From a virus (Duplodnaviria; Caudoviricetes), in the IMG/VR virus record IMGVR_UViG_3300005098_000046, positions 1 to 62,898 of that record: DNA of 62,898 nucleotides. One strand, given 5' to 3'. Positions 10,401-18,597 of this stretch are shown here, piece by piece. The stretch's first letter is position 1. Each line of letters starts with the position of its first letter. The notes below the pieces were generated by a model, which worked only from the letters and a program-made list of their open reading frames with translations, made no database searches and was not told the DNA's origin. The translations under genes were made by a program, and so were the position numbers.

Positions 10401-10884
10401 CGGCGAATTGCACCAGCGCATCTATGAGCAAGGTGAGCAGTCCTATACCGACACGCTGCTAAAGACTGGCGCGCTGCGCGTGGTGGCATGGCAGAGGCCG
10501 GATGGGACGATAGAGGTCTTCTACGGCACGGCTGACGGCGTCAGCGTTCTTACGTCGCGTGATGATGGCCGCACGTGGGCCGAAGCCGACTGCTACTCTA
10601 ACGTCCAGCTGCGTGGCGGGTGCTTCATGGCACACAGAACCCAAGCGGTTTTGCTGCTGGAGAGCGCCGCGCATCTGTACATTGGCGTAGGCACATGGAC
10701 GCCTGATGGATATGAATGGCATACGCCGGTGGAAGCAATAACGAACGCAAGCGAAGCAACCGCACTGACGCGGCACCCGGACTGGGCGTTGCTGGCGGCT
10801 GTTGCCGACGGCGATGAGTCGATGGTGGTTTACTGGTGTCAAGTTTTGGCGCCGACGGGGGTGGGCACGTGGCAGACCGGTTGA
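7477..10884 (+). CDS. Large minor tail/virion protein
   Basis: ~1135 aa Trp/Tyr/Asp-rich ORF right after the tape measure; C-terminal Asp-box SRDDGRTW suggests a beta-propeller; GTG start chosen from RBS GGGGTG. Confidence 0.65.
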   Translation: MATAYGPWIKGGSTIHPKLTGRAGIDVGVNTVNYQNAVPGAYIGAAGFKCGIRLVQRFLSYSDLFDGSGNPYGPILRAASPSVPDANYTAWAIYIAVTQHPEDIEIDTTPAADPQPDWDAEPRDESWLYFFIGEGYSFQNLWVEADITIIAGGLRFWTRWGYDVPAGEQLKYWWQTVLEDGWKPEVGEWYTATITASNIGTTQARWRYTADPGGDPTPYVGYDCGFEWRRYDGSGIHDTIIYLPGRRALVETKPAGVAVDDEDYVDDIDALIATQSSATGTSEFRVQGTMPGTLEANAIGQDGIYTVTGGWGRGRNLPAVLDCKNLKAYELPALEGDLTERDDVLVSIPRAVDLPIVKAALDSLHETEYVLAKAGYSVSVTTDEDWAKENDEYASTTRTDAISGAERSYNNLLWKLDCQPPGISVEESPYWQGPALLRKWSWGGLRRADRLLAAAGMFPPDAAIVQQTDVDSTLARKWARTRWESNATIDWRQPPELGNLVWFRGQGQLYATRTIFTYYFERQAAVGQTGAIPPPECYRITKANHYWPQEPRYLENDGRDPEAIPADMTRPEDIYWLEPFRYLVMRLAATEDTTVTVTLRYRTVTPNDNHLSGQTRIDGYSCAVSGITSVTRSISVVGDEKARTYIVDFRGLPDNAIAVDIKLSWALAADGWLQLGYMGWTQDCPAENTKDDDLRPATPHGWLKWMCRYDGTEMMVSGRADDKPCITVPDQYRTHLEDQEVPYIDWLYGATSGVDMSRALTLAEFLTLINNSEGFYAEHDEDAWKEKTAYTDDSGVEHVLEDGYPWDIQFGRLATDVDSDTYVQPFCCIGVLKRAVAGGVKYALYGRWWLRGRLDGIATSGDDAAREQCCVAYARRLLGADTWESLASTSTDAHGSWWSPAVREAHWDADAEVLTPWEYGIWPLQVSGSPRFTSGAGISEWVWLGALGLVLSRAGDVSAFRGIDGRLYVYYVLTSGELHQRIYEQGEQSYTDTLLKTGALRVVAWQRPDGTIEVFYGTADGVSVLTSRDDGRTWAEADCYSNVQLRGGCFMAHRTQAVLLLESAAHLYIGVGTWTPDGYEWHTPVEAITNASEATALTRHPDWALLAAVADGDESMVVYWCQVLAPTGVGTWQTG

Positions 10885-11153
10885 GTGCGATTTTTCAAGC
10901 GCACCGCAGCCAAGTGCTGGCCGGCGTGGTCAGCACGAACAAAATTGCGTTCTGCCGCGCGAACTTCACGCGGATAGCCCCGTACAGCGATGTGGCGAGC
11001 GCGGGGCAGTTGGCCACGTCAGCGTCGGCTGTCGCGCTGGTAGAAGAACCCGATAAGAGCGTGACGCTTGTAATCCTGACGGATGATGATATTCTTCTCA
11101 AGCGCAGTCGCGTCTTGCCGCTGGAAGGCGCAATCGACTGGGAGGACGTATAA
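10869..11153 (+). CDS. Small tail-module protein
   Basis: Fills the gap between two tail genes; TAATG overlap with the next gene; start uncertain. Confidence 0.5.
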   Translation: MADRLSAIFQAHRSQVLAGVVSTNKIAFCRANFTRIAPYSDVASAGQLATSASAVALVEEPDKSVTLVILTDDDILLKRSRVLPLEGAIDWEDV

Positions 11154-13282
11154 TGCAACGCGCGTCTGTCCAGCTTTACGACTATGGCGCCGAAGGCTAC
11201 GTGGCCCGTCAGGGCGGCGCCGTCTACGACATTCTGGCCAAGACGTGGCATAAAGCTCTGGTGCCGACACATTCTATCGGCAATGGCTTGACGATACCGC
11301 AGTGCACGTTGCTGCCGGAGCCGCTGAATGCAGTGATTTGCACGCCCCAGCTAATCCGCTGCAGCAACACGCTCGAATACTGGACGGTCGGAGATTACTG
11401 GACGGAAAACACCATCTGGGATGACGTGCCGTTCAAAGGCTTGTACTACTACGGCGTCGGCGAGCTTACGTATGTGACGAGCAATTTTGACCTGCCGGAA
11501 GACCCGATGTTCTGGGTCGAGTTTGTGTTGTATCCGCAAGACAAATGGCTTGATGAAGAGCCATACTTGGCGCTCATCTGGGGCGGAGGGACCTGGGCGA
11601 TTGCGCGGTACGGTTCTAATCGGCCACGGCTGTACTACAATTCTGGCAGCGAGTGGCGTGCAGTCGCGGAGTTTCGCTTTGAGGATTACCCGCTCGATGA
11701 TGGTTGGGGCAACTACGGCAACGGCCGGTTGTATTCCGTGCTGGTGCTTCATCTACGCGGCATGGTTGCCATCAGCACAGACAACGGCGAAAGCTGGACC
11801 GCCGTGGAAGCGCCCACTACGCCGGCTTGCCCGCAGGGTGGCTTGACCTTTTACATACGCCAAGGCGAATGCCATTTTGCGCTGCACGAAGTCGCCTTTG
11901 ACACTGGTGTGGCATATAGCGCCATGCATACGCTCTTCGACCGCCAGGAAACCGCCGGCGGCATACCGCTGCCGCCTTCGGCGCATCACGTTGAAGGCAT
12001 TCATTACGGCACCCCAGGCGGGACAAGTGTTGAGTTCATCGCTTCGCCGCAGGCCGACCCAGATGGCTTCGTAGAATGCAGCCATCAGTTTCGTTACAAA
12101 ATGACGCTTACGCCGGCGCGGGTAGATATGCCTGGTGCGCCGGTGGCCTTCTACCGAACGCCGTGGGTGGTAGCTACGGATTGGCGTTGGGCAACAACAA
12201 TTGCAACGTCCGGGGGCGTGACCGAGCTTGCGGACCTGGGAACCATAACAAGCATTTCTACTTCGCAAGACCAAGACATGTCGGCGAACCGCGCGACGGT
12301 GCAATTGAAGCTGGACCCGAACACGCCGCTCAGCGGCGAATATCGGTGGCGATACATGCGTATCTCCGTCGGCGATGACGCTGTGCTGGTGCCGAAGCTG
12401 GCCGGCTATATCACGCGCGTATCGGCAGCAGCACAACCCCAGTGGGAAAGCGGCTATCGGCTGACGTTTGACGTAGTGGATGAAAGCATCATCGCCAAGC
12501 GCGTTCAATTTGATGAGAGCTTCCCGGCGCTGGATGGAGCGACGGTGAATGATGCGCTTGACTACTTGGCGATGCGGCTTGGCGTGCCGACAACGCGACG
12601 CGCTTGGCATAGCGCTGGCGATGATGTGGTGCTGGACTATGGCCCGCCAGAGGAGCCGTTCTGGTGGGTGACCGGTGAGCTACGCGCCGGCATGAGTTTG
12701 TGGGATTGTATGCAGCGCATCGCTTCCATTGCCGGCATGGAGCTATTCGTTGATGCCGAAGGCGTCTGGAGAACGATGTCGATTGGGGCAGAACTGGGAG
12801 ACCTGTTCGTGCTTGACGCAACTGGCGCGCTGGGGATTGCTTTCGCAATTGAAAGCGCCGAGTACGAACTGGCCAACGTTGAATTGGTCACAGCGACCGG
12901 GGCTTTCGGCGAGGACCGCAACGGCAACAAAACTGGCGCATGGGCGATTGACTATGAGCGCGAAAGCGAGCCGGGGACGGCGACGCCCTTCGCTGGCCGG
13001 CGCTTCTGGAAACGGCGCGAAGGTCGCGAGTTTACATCGCAAGCGATGGCGGTCGCGCAAGCGCTATCTGATTGGGACAACCGCGACTTAGGCCAGCGGA
13101 TTTTGAAGGTGACAATTCCCGGCGGCAATCCGCAGATACCCCGGCGAAGCAGGATTAAGGTTTACAATGCCGAAGCAATTGGTGTGTCCAGCGGCCAAGA
13201 GTTTATGGTCGTAAGCGTGCGCGACAAATGGGCGCCGCAGCGCGCCGACTGCGAGACGACGGTGGAGGCTGTCGCCGTATGA
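11153..13282 (+). CDS. Minor tail protein, hub/Tal-like C-terminal half
   Basis: 709 aa; Asp-box STDNGESW; SLWDCMQRIASIAGMELFVDAEG and GNPQI...IKV resemble tail hub proteins. Confidence 0.65.
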   Translation: MQRASVQLYDYGAEGYVARQGGAVYDILAKTWHKALVPTHSIGNGLTIPQCTLLPEPLNAVICTPQLIRCSNTLEYWTVGDYWTENTIWDDVPFKGLYYYGVGELTYVTSNFDLPEDPMFWVEFVLYPQDKWLDEEPYLALIWGGGTWAIARYGSNRPRLYYNSGSEWRAVAEFRFEDYPLDDGWGNYGNGRLYSVLVLHLRGMVAISTDNGESWTAVEAPTTPACPQGGLTFYIRQGECHFALHEVAFDTGVAYSAMHTLFDRQETAGGIPLPPSAHHVEGIHYGTPGGTSVEFIASPQADPDGFVECSHQFRYKMTLTPARVDMPGAPVAFYRTPWVVATDWRWATTIATSGGVTELADLGTITSISTSQDQDMSANRATVQLKLDPNTPLSGEYRWRYMRISVGDDAVLVPKLAGYITRVSAAAQPQWESGYRLTFDVVDESIIAKRVQFDESFPALDGATVNDALDYLAMRLGVPTTRRAWHSAGDDVVLDYGPPEEPFWWVTGELRAGMSLWDCMQRIASIAGMELFVDAEGVWRTMSIGAELGDLFVLDATGALGIAFAIESAEYELANVELVTATGAFGEDRNGNKTGAWAIDYERESEPGTATPFAGRRFWKRREGREFTSQAMAVAQALSDWDNRDLGQRILKVTIPGGNPQIPRRSRIKVYNAEAIGVSSGQEFMVVSVRDKWAPQRADCETTVEAVAV

Positions 13283-13482
13283 AGCTATCAAACCGCAGAA
13301 CCCGGCGCTCGCTGGCATTGCGTGCAATCGCCGCAGCGCGACGCGATATGCGCATACAGATAAGCCAAATCGACCGGCTGGCCAACATCGGTAGCCAGAT
13401 GACATGGCTGACCGACCGCGGGAGCACCGTAGAACTTGGCGTCTTTGACAAGACGCCGTCTGGCTCCTTCAGGCTCAGGTGA
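13279..13482 (+). CDS. Small hypothetical protein
   Basis: ATGA overlap, GGAGG RBS, 67 aa. Confidence 0.55.
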   Translation: MKLSNRRTRRSLALRAIAAARRDMRIQISQIDRLANIGSQMTWLTDRGSTVELGVFDKTPSGSFRLR

Positions 13483-13487
13483 TACCG

Positions 13488-14276
13488 ATGCCAAACTATA
13501 CGCCACGTGCGAAGCTGCAGACAGACTTCGGCGCGTATGCAACGCTGCCGCATAAGAACTGGAACCGGCTGGTGGACGGCGTGGACCTGCAGACGTGGGG
13601 CCTCGGCAGCGCTATCGGCAACGGCGTCATTGCTGGTGGCCAGATACTTAGCAGCAAGCAAGTCGGCCCGACAATCGCCATCATCGGCGGCATGTATGGC
13701 GCCAGCACCAGCAACCAGAGCATTGAGGACCTGGTGAGTGGGGCGACCAACAAGGTGTGGCTTTGCCGAGTGGACCCGCCATCGAGCGGCGGAGAGTTTG
13801 ACCTGTCTCACGAAAGCACGTTCAACGTCGGCACGCTGCGCTTCGTGGCCAGCGACGTACAGCCGAGCAATTCGCTACTGCTGGGGACTATCACGCTTGC
13901 TGCGGATGGGAGCGTCACTGCCATTGACCAGTCATCGTCTGGTAACTGGCCAATACACATTGTTGGCGCTTGCGTGGCGCGGATTGTGCGTAACGTGACG
14001 GTAGAGGACTTGCCGTACAACGAGGCGTATGTGGTCACGGTAGACCACAGCTCGGAGGCATTGTTCCTGGTGCCGGGCGCGCTGGTCATCGATACGAATG
14101 ATGATGTGCAAGTAAGCGATGTCGAGAACCATGAACCGGGGCGCTGTCGCTTCACCGTGTTGGCGAGCAGCAGCGTATACGCTTACGGCTACGGCTATAC
14201 GACAACGGCGCGCTTCACAGTGGTGCGGTATGGGATTGTGCGCCCGTCACCGTGGATTTGGGACTATGGCAGCTAA
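13488..14276 (+). CDS. Putative tail tip/fibre-proximal protein
   Basis: 262 aa beta-rich; GNGVIAGG and LLLGTITLAADG typical of tail-fibre N-terminal domains; synteny. Confidence 0.55.
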   Translation: MPNYTPRAKLQTDFGAYATLPHKNWNRLVDGVDLQTWGLGSAIGNGVIAGGQILSSKQVGPTIAIIGGMYGASTSNQSIEDLVSGATNKVWLCRVDPPSSGGEFDLSHESTFNVGTLRFVASDVQPSNSLLLGTITLAADGSVTAIDQSSSGNWPIHIVGACVARIVRNVTVEDLPYNEAYVVTVDHSSEALFLVPGALVIDTNDDVQVSDVENHEPGRCRFTVLASSSVYAYGYGYTTTARFTVVRYGIVRPSPWIWDYGS

Positions 14277-15858
14277 AATACGAATAACTGGCGGCCCAGA
14301 AGGGCCACAAGTCATCGAGGGAGAACCCGTCATGCCCAAAGGAACTGGCATTGTCGGCGAACGGCGCATGGTACAGCGACGGCGCGATATAGTGCCGCCG
14401 CACAGACCGATAGCAATCCCGCCGCGCCGCGCTGCGAAGCCGACAACGGCTGCAATCTTTCCGTCGGCGTCGGCGGAGATGGCGGTGCGCTGTGCGAAAG
14501 CATTGCCGAGTGATGTGCTGAAGGTTGTTATCATGACGAGGAGTTTCGCAGCCGACCAGTTGAGCGCTATCCCGAACGTGAAAATTGTCGGCATGACCAG
14601 CGAGCCTTTCGTCTACAGCCGCGCGTTAAATGCCGGTGCGCGGATTGCCGCTGCCTTCGCCAATACATTTGTCTTTATGAACGACGATGTGTTTTTCAGA
14701 AGCGCCGAAGACTTTCACACACTGGCTGAAGCTGCCTGGCAACACCCTGGCGCCGGCATCGTCGCGCCGCTTGCCACGTATTCTGGCTTCAGCGCGCAGC
14801 GCGCCAACAAACCGCGCGGAGAAGGCTTGCGCGAAGTATCCTTCGTGCCGGGCTTCGCAATGGCCATGCGCAAGGAAGTGTATCTGGAGATTGGCGGCTG
14901 GGATGAGCGCTATCGCGGCTACGGCGTAGATGATGACGATATTTGTTACGCTGTGCGGAAGAAGCGCTACAAGGTTTTCCTGCTGGAGAGCGTTGTCGTA
15001 GACCATATTGGCCACGCCACGTTCCCACGCGACAGGAGCTTTGTGCAACGCGAGCTGGCGAAGTGGTCAACGGTCTTTGAAGAGAAGTGGGGCATTGACC
15101 GGCTGGCGGCGCGCGAAGCGAAGCTGCGCGCAGACGTATCTGTGCTGATGCCGTGCTACAACGCAGAGCAATATGTCGGGCTTGCCCTCGGCAGCATTGC
15201 ACAAGCAGAGTACGACGGCGACTTGGAGATTGTCTGCGTGGACGACGGCAGCACCGACAAGACGTGGCACTTGCTGGAGATAGCGAAGCAGGGCTTCGGC
15301 GACCAGATGCTAACAGTCGGCAAGTGGCACACTGGCGTCTCACAGACGCGCAACTGGTGTGTTATGCGGTCTACCGGTGACATTCTTATCTGGCTGGACG
15401 CCGACGACATCATGCCGCCGAAGCGCATAGTAGAAAGCATTGAAGCGTTGCAAGACGCCGATATGGTCTACGGACAGCTTGAAAACTTCACCGACGACGT
15501 TCGCAAGCGCACGCCGGTAAAGGTGGAGCCGCCTTCGACGAAGCGACTGGGCGACGGCAACGATTTCCGCATCGGCACCGCTGCAGCGCGCCGCGATGTG
15601 TTTGAAGAGCACGGCTGCTGGTTCGATGAGGACCTGCCGGCGCTGGAGGATTGGGACTGGATGTTGACGTGCATCGAGAAAGGCTTGCGCGTCAAGGCGT
15701 CGGACAAATGCTGGCTGTACCGGCGGGTTGTGCCTGGCTCGTTGTACAAGCGGTCGCCGGTCAGCGAGCTTCGCAAGCGCATCCATCAAAAGCACCAAGC
15801 GCTGTTTGCCTATATTGTAGGCTTTCAGCGCTTGCCGGAGCGTGACATAACGCAATGA
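14266..15858 (+). CDS. Double-domain GT2 glycosyltransferase
   Basis: Domain 1: YSRALNAG, FMNDD, IGGWDERY..YGVDDDD, VDHIG. Domain 2: VSVLMPCYN, VDDGSTD, WLDADD, EDWDW. Confidence 0.92.
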   Translation: MAAKIRITGGPEGPQVIEGEPVMPKGTGIVGERRMVQRRRDIVPPHRPIAIPPRRAAKPTTAAIFPSASAEMAVRCAKALPSDVLKVVIMTRSFAADQLSAIPNVKIVGMTSEPFVYSRALNAGARIAAAFANTFVFMNDDVFFRSAEDFHTLAEAAWQHPGAGIVAPLATYSGFSAQRANKPRGEGLREVSFVPGFAMAMRKEVYLEIGGWDERYRGYGVDDDDICYAVRKKRYKVFLLESVVVDHIGHATFPRDRSFVQRELAKWSTVFEEKWGIDRLAAREAKLRADVSVLMPCYNAEQYVGLALGSIAQAEYDGDLEIVCVDDGSTDKTWHLLEIAKQGFGDQMLTVGKWHTGVSQTRNWCVMRSTGDILIWLDADDIMPPKRIVESIEALQDADMVYGQLENFTDDVRKRTPVKVEPPSTKRLGDGNDFRIGTAAARRDVFEEHGCWFDEDLPALEDWDWMLTCIEKGLRVKASDKCWLYRRVVPGSLYKRSPVSELRKRIHQKHQALFAYIVGFQRLPERDITQ

Positions 15859-16736
15859 CGGCGCGCCTGGGCTTAATGGCACGGTTCTGGAACTGCGCTG
15901 ACCTGGCAGCAGAATGGGTTAAGGCGCACGTCTGGAACGTAGACGTGGCGATTTTGATGGATTGCGGCTCGTCGGATGGGACCCCGGCGGTGGTGGAGAA
16001 AGCGTTGGCAGATGTGCCGCCGAACGTGACTGTAGAGTTTTATCATCTACCACCGACTGCTCCCATGCGGAGCGGGCTATGGTGCAACATGCTGCTACAA
16101 CGGCTGAAGCACCACAATGTCCACGTCGTGCTGGCGCTTGACCACGATGAGTTTGTAGAGCCGGAGTTTTGGTTTCTGCTGCCGCTGCTGTTGGGGCAAC
16201 CGAAGGTCACGTACTGGGAGTTTCCGCGTGCAAACTTTCAATTCAGTCGGATGGTGTATTCGCTGGCGCCTGGAGACCGGCGCTTCCGCGAGCGCATCTT
16301 GTTCAGGCTGGACCGGCGCCATTTCTACGTGGATGACCCGAACGAACCGCATCATCTTGAGCGCGTGCCGCTGGGCGGACCGGAGCGACCGAGTGGCGGA
16401 GCGCGGCTCCCGGCGCCGATACGCGAACGCTGTGGCCGCAGCCTGGGGCTAGTGCTGAAGCACTTCAATCAACGCAATCTTGACCGCTCGCGGCTGTGGC
16501 GTGAGCGATTAAAAGTAGAAGCCGGTGAAGACCGGCCGAACTTGACGCGCTCCCCGGACAAGCTACTGGCAGAACTGGCCGAGCGCAACGAATTAGGCAC
16601 GTGGATAGACTACACCGCGTGGCTGGACGAAAATCTTGACCGTGGATGGGGCAAGCCGCTGGATATTCTTACGCCGATTGAGCGCGAGAGCATCGTGGCG
16701 GCGCTGGCGGAGCACTTTACAGCCGGCAGGAGATGA
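15855..16736 (+). CDS. GT2-like glycosyltransferase
   Basis: MDCGSSDGT, LDHDEF (DxD), C-terminal LKHF. Confidence 0.8.
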   Translation: MTARLGLMARFWNCADLAAEWVKAHVWNVDVAILMDCGSSDGTPAVVEKALADVPPNVTVEFYHLPPTAPMRSGLWCNMLLQRLKHHNVHVVLALDHDEFVEPEFWFLLPLLLGQPKVTYWEFPRANFQFSRMVYSLAPGDRRFRERILFRLDRRHFYVDDPNEPHHLERVPLGGPERPSGGARLPAPIRERCGRSLGLVLKHFNQRNLDRSRLWRERLKVEAGEDRPNLTRSPDKLLAELAERNELGTWIDYTAWLDENLDRGWGKPLDILTPIERESIVAALAEHFTAGRR

Positions 16737-16740
16737 TGAT

Positions 16741-17763
16741 ATGCGAATAGCGGTTACCGGCGTGGCAGGTTTCATGGGTAGTCATCTGGCCGACTGGCTG
16801 ATAGGGCTTGGCCACGAGATATACGGCTGCGATGACTTTTCCGGTGGGTTTCAGCACAATGTGCCGGCGAAGTGCAAGTTTCACTATCTCGACTTGCGGC
16901 GCATTGAAGACGTATGCACGTGGATGAAGGTCGTGCGGCCGCAGATAGTGTACCATCTGGCGGCCGATGCCACTGAAGGGCGCAGTCAATTCACGCCCAT
17001 ATCAGCCACGCATCGCAACTACGTGGCCTATCTGAACGTGTTGGTGACAGCCATCCGCCACGGGGTCAAGCGCATCGTCTTCACCTCCAGCATGAGCGTC
17101 TACGGCAAGCAGAAACCGCCGTTCACTGAGTCGATGCCGCGAAGCCCGGTAGACATTTACGGTATTGCCAAGGCGTCATGCGAAGCGGCTACCGAAGTCA
17201 TGGCCGACGTGCATGGCATCGAATACACCATCATCCGGCCGCACAACGTGTACGGACCGCGCCAGCGGCTCGACGACCCATACCGCAATGTGGTAGGCAT
17301 TTTCATACGCCGCGCGTTGTCCGGGCAGCCGCTGTACATCTACGGCGACGGCGAGCAGCGGCGAGCGTTCAGCTTCATTGATGATGTAACGCCGCTCATC
17401 GGCATGGCTGGGTTCCTGCCGCAGGCAAAGAACCGCATCATCAACGTCGGCAACGACACGCACTATTCCATCAATGAATTGGCCGACACAATCCAGCGAG
17501 TGCTCGGCCGCGAAGTCAAGCGCGAATATGTACCGGACAGACCGCGTGAAGTAAAACGTGCATGGTGTGACCACACGGTTGGCAAGCGTATCTTCGGCAA
17601 GCTCTGGCACAACACACCGCTCGAAGAAGGCATTGCTCATACTATCGTTTGGGCGGAGCGGGTGATGGCCGAGGATAGCTTTGCAAGCACGCCGCGTTAT
17701 TTACCGGCGCTGGAGGTGGGCCAGGACAAGGCACCTGTGACGTGGCGCAAGCAATTGCTGTAG
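16741..17763 (+). CDS. NAD-dependent nucleotide-sugar epimerase/dehydratase
   Basis: TGVAGFMG Rossmann motif, HLAA, FTSSMSVYG, YGIAK (YxxxK), RPHNVYGP. Confidence 0.95.
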   Translation: MRIAVTGVAGFMGSHLADWLIGLGHEIYGCDDFSGGFQHNVPAKCKFHYLDLRRIEDVCTWMKVVRPQIVYHLAADATEGRSQFTPISATHRNYVAYLNVLVTAIRHGVKRIVFTSSMSVYGKQKPPFTESMPRSPVDIYGIAKASCEAATEVMADVHGIEYTIIRPHNVYGPRQRLDDPYRNVVGIFIRRALSGQPLYIYGDGEQRRAFSFIDDVTPLIGMAGFLPQAKNRIINVGNDTHYSINELADTIQRVLGREVKREYVPDRPREVKRAWCDHTVGKRIFGKLWHNTPLEEGIAHTIVWAERVMAEDSFASTPRYLPALEVGQDKAPVTWRKQLL

Positions 17764-17783
17764 GCGAGACCGCTGGGGTATCT

Positions 17784-18593
17784 ATGAGAGTCCATGCATG
17801 GCTGCGGGTCAAAAACGAAGTGGGAATTATCGCCGATGTTGTGACGCATCTGCTGGAGATTGGCTGCGCGAAGGTATGTGTTCTGGATACCGGCAGCGAA
17901 GACGGCACTGTTGAAGTGGCGAGGCAAGCTGGCGCTGAAGTCGTCCGGTCGCGGCTGCCGTTCTACCACGAAGCTGCCGAGCGTTATGCGGCGATTGTGT
18001 TGGCGAAGGCGGGCGACCCGGACTGGATTGTGCAGCTGGACGCCGACGAATATATTGACGGCTCCTTCATGGAAGAGCTTGAGTGGGTATCGCGCAAGCA
18101 GCCTTGCTTGGCCGGCTTGCGCTTGCGTCTGTACGACTTCCGCTTTTGCGATGCAGCACCGGAGGAGATGACCATCGCGGCGCCGCTGCCGCCCAACCGC
18201 CGCTGGGTAGAACCGTTTTATCGCAGACTGTTGCGTGTGTACCGGCCGCTTGATGAGCTTTGCATTATCCCCTTCGTTGAACACCACACGGCGCTGGTGG
18301 CTATAGAGCCTGATTTGGTGGGGGATATGCGCGGATGTACGCTGCGGCATTATGGCCTGTGCCGAAGCGCTGAAGACTTCGAGCGCAAGCGACACCGATA
18401 CACTACACAGCATCGTGGCCGCGCGTATGATATGGAATGGCGCCATGCCCATGCGATAATCCCGCGCGAGTACTTGCGTGAATGGCCGCTGGGCGAGCCG
18501 CCGCCAGCCGACGCAATTGAAGTACACGTCGGCAGCAATATCGCCAAACGCGATGTTAACAATAGAAACCGTATAGTCAGCGTAGTCTGGTAG
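17784..18593 (+). CDS. GT2-like glycosyltransferase
   Basis: VKNE, LDTGSEDGT, WIVQLDADE, LRHYG. Confidence 0.88.
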   Translation: MRVHAWLRVKNEVGIIADVVTHLLEIGCAKVCVLDTGSEDGTVEVARQAGAEVVRSRLPFYHEAAERYAAIVLAKAGDPDWIVQLDADEYIDGSFMEELEWVSRKQPCLAGLRLRLYDFRFCDAAPEEMTIAAPLPPNRRWVEPFYRRLLRVYRPLDELCIIPFVEHHTALVAIEPDLVGDMRGCTLRHYGLCRSAEDFERKRHRYTTQHRGRAYDMEWRHAHAIIPREYLREWPLGEPPPADAIEVHVGSNIAKRDVNNRNRIVSVVW

Positions 18594-18597
18594 CAAC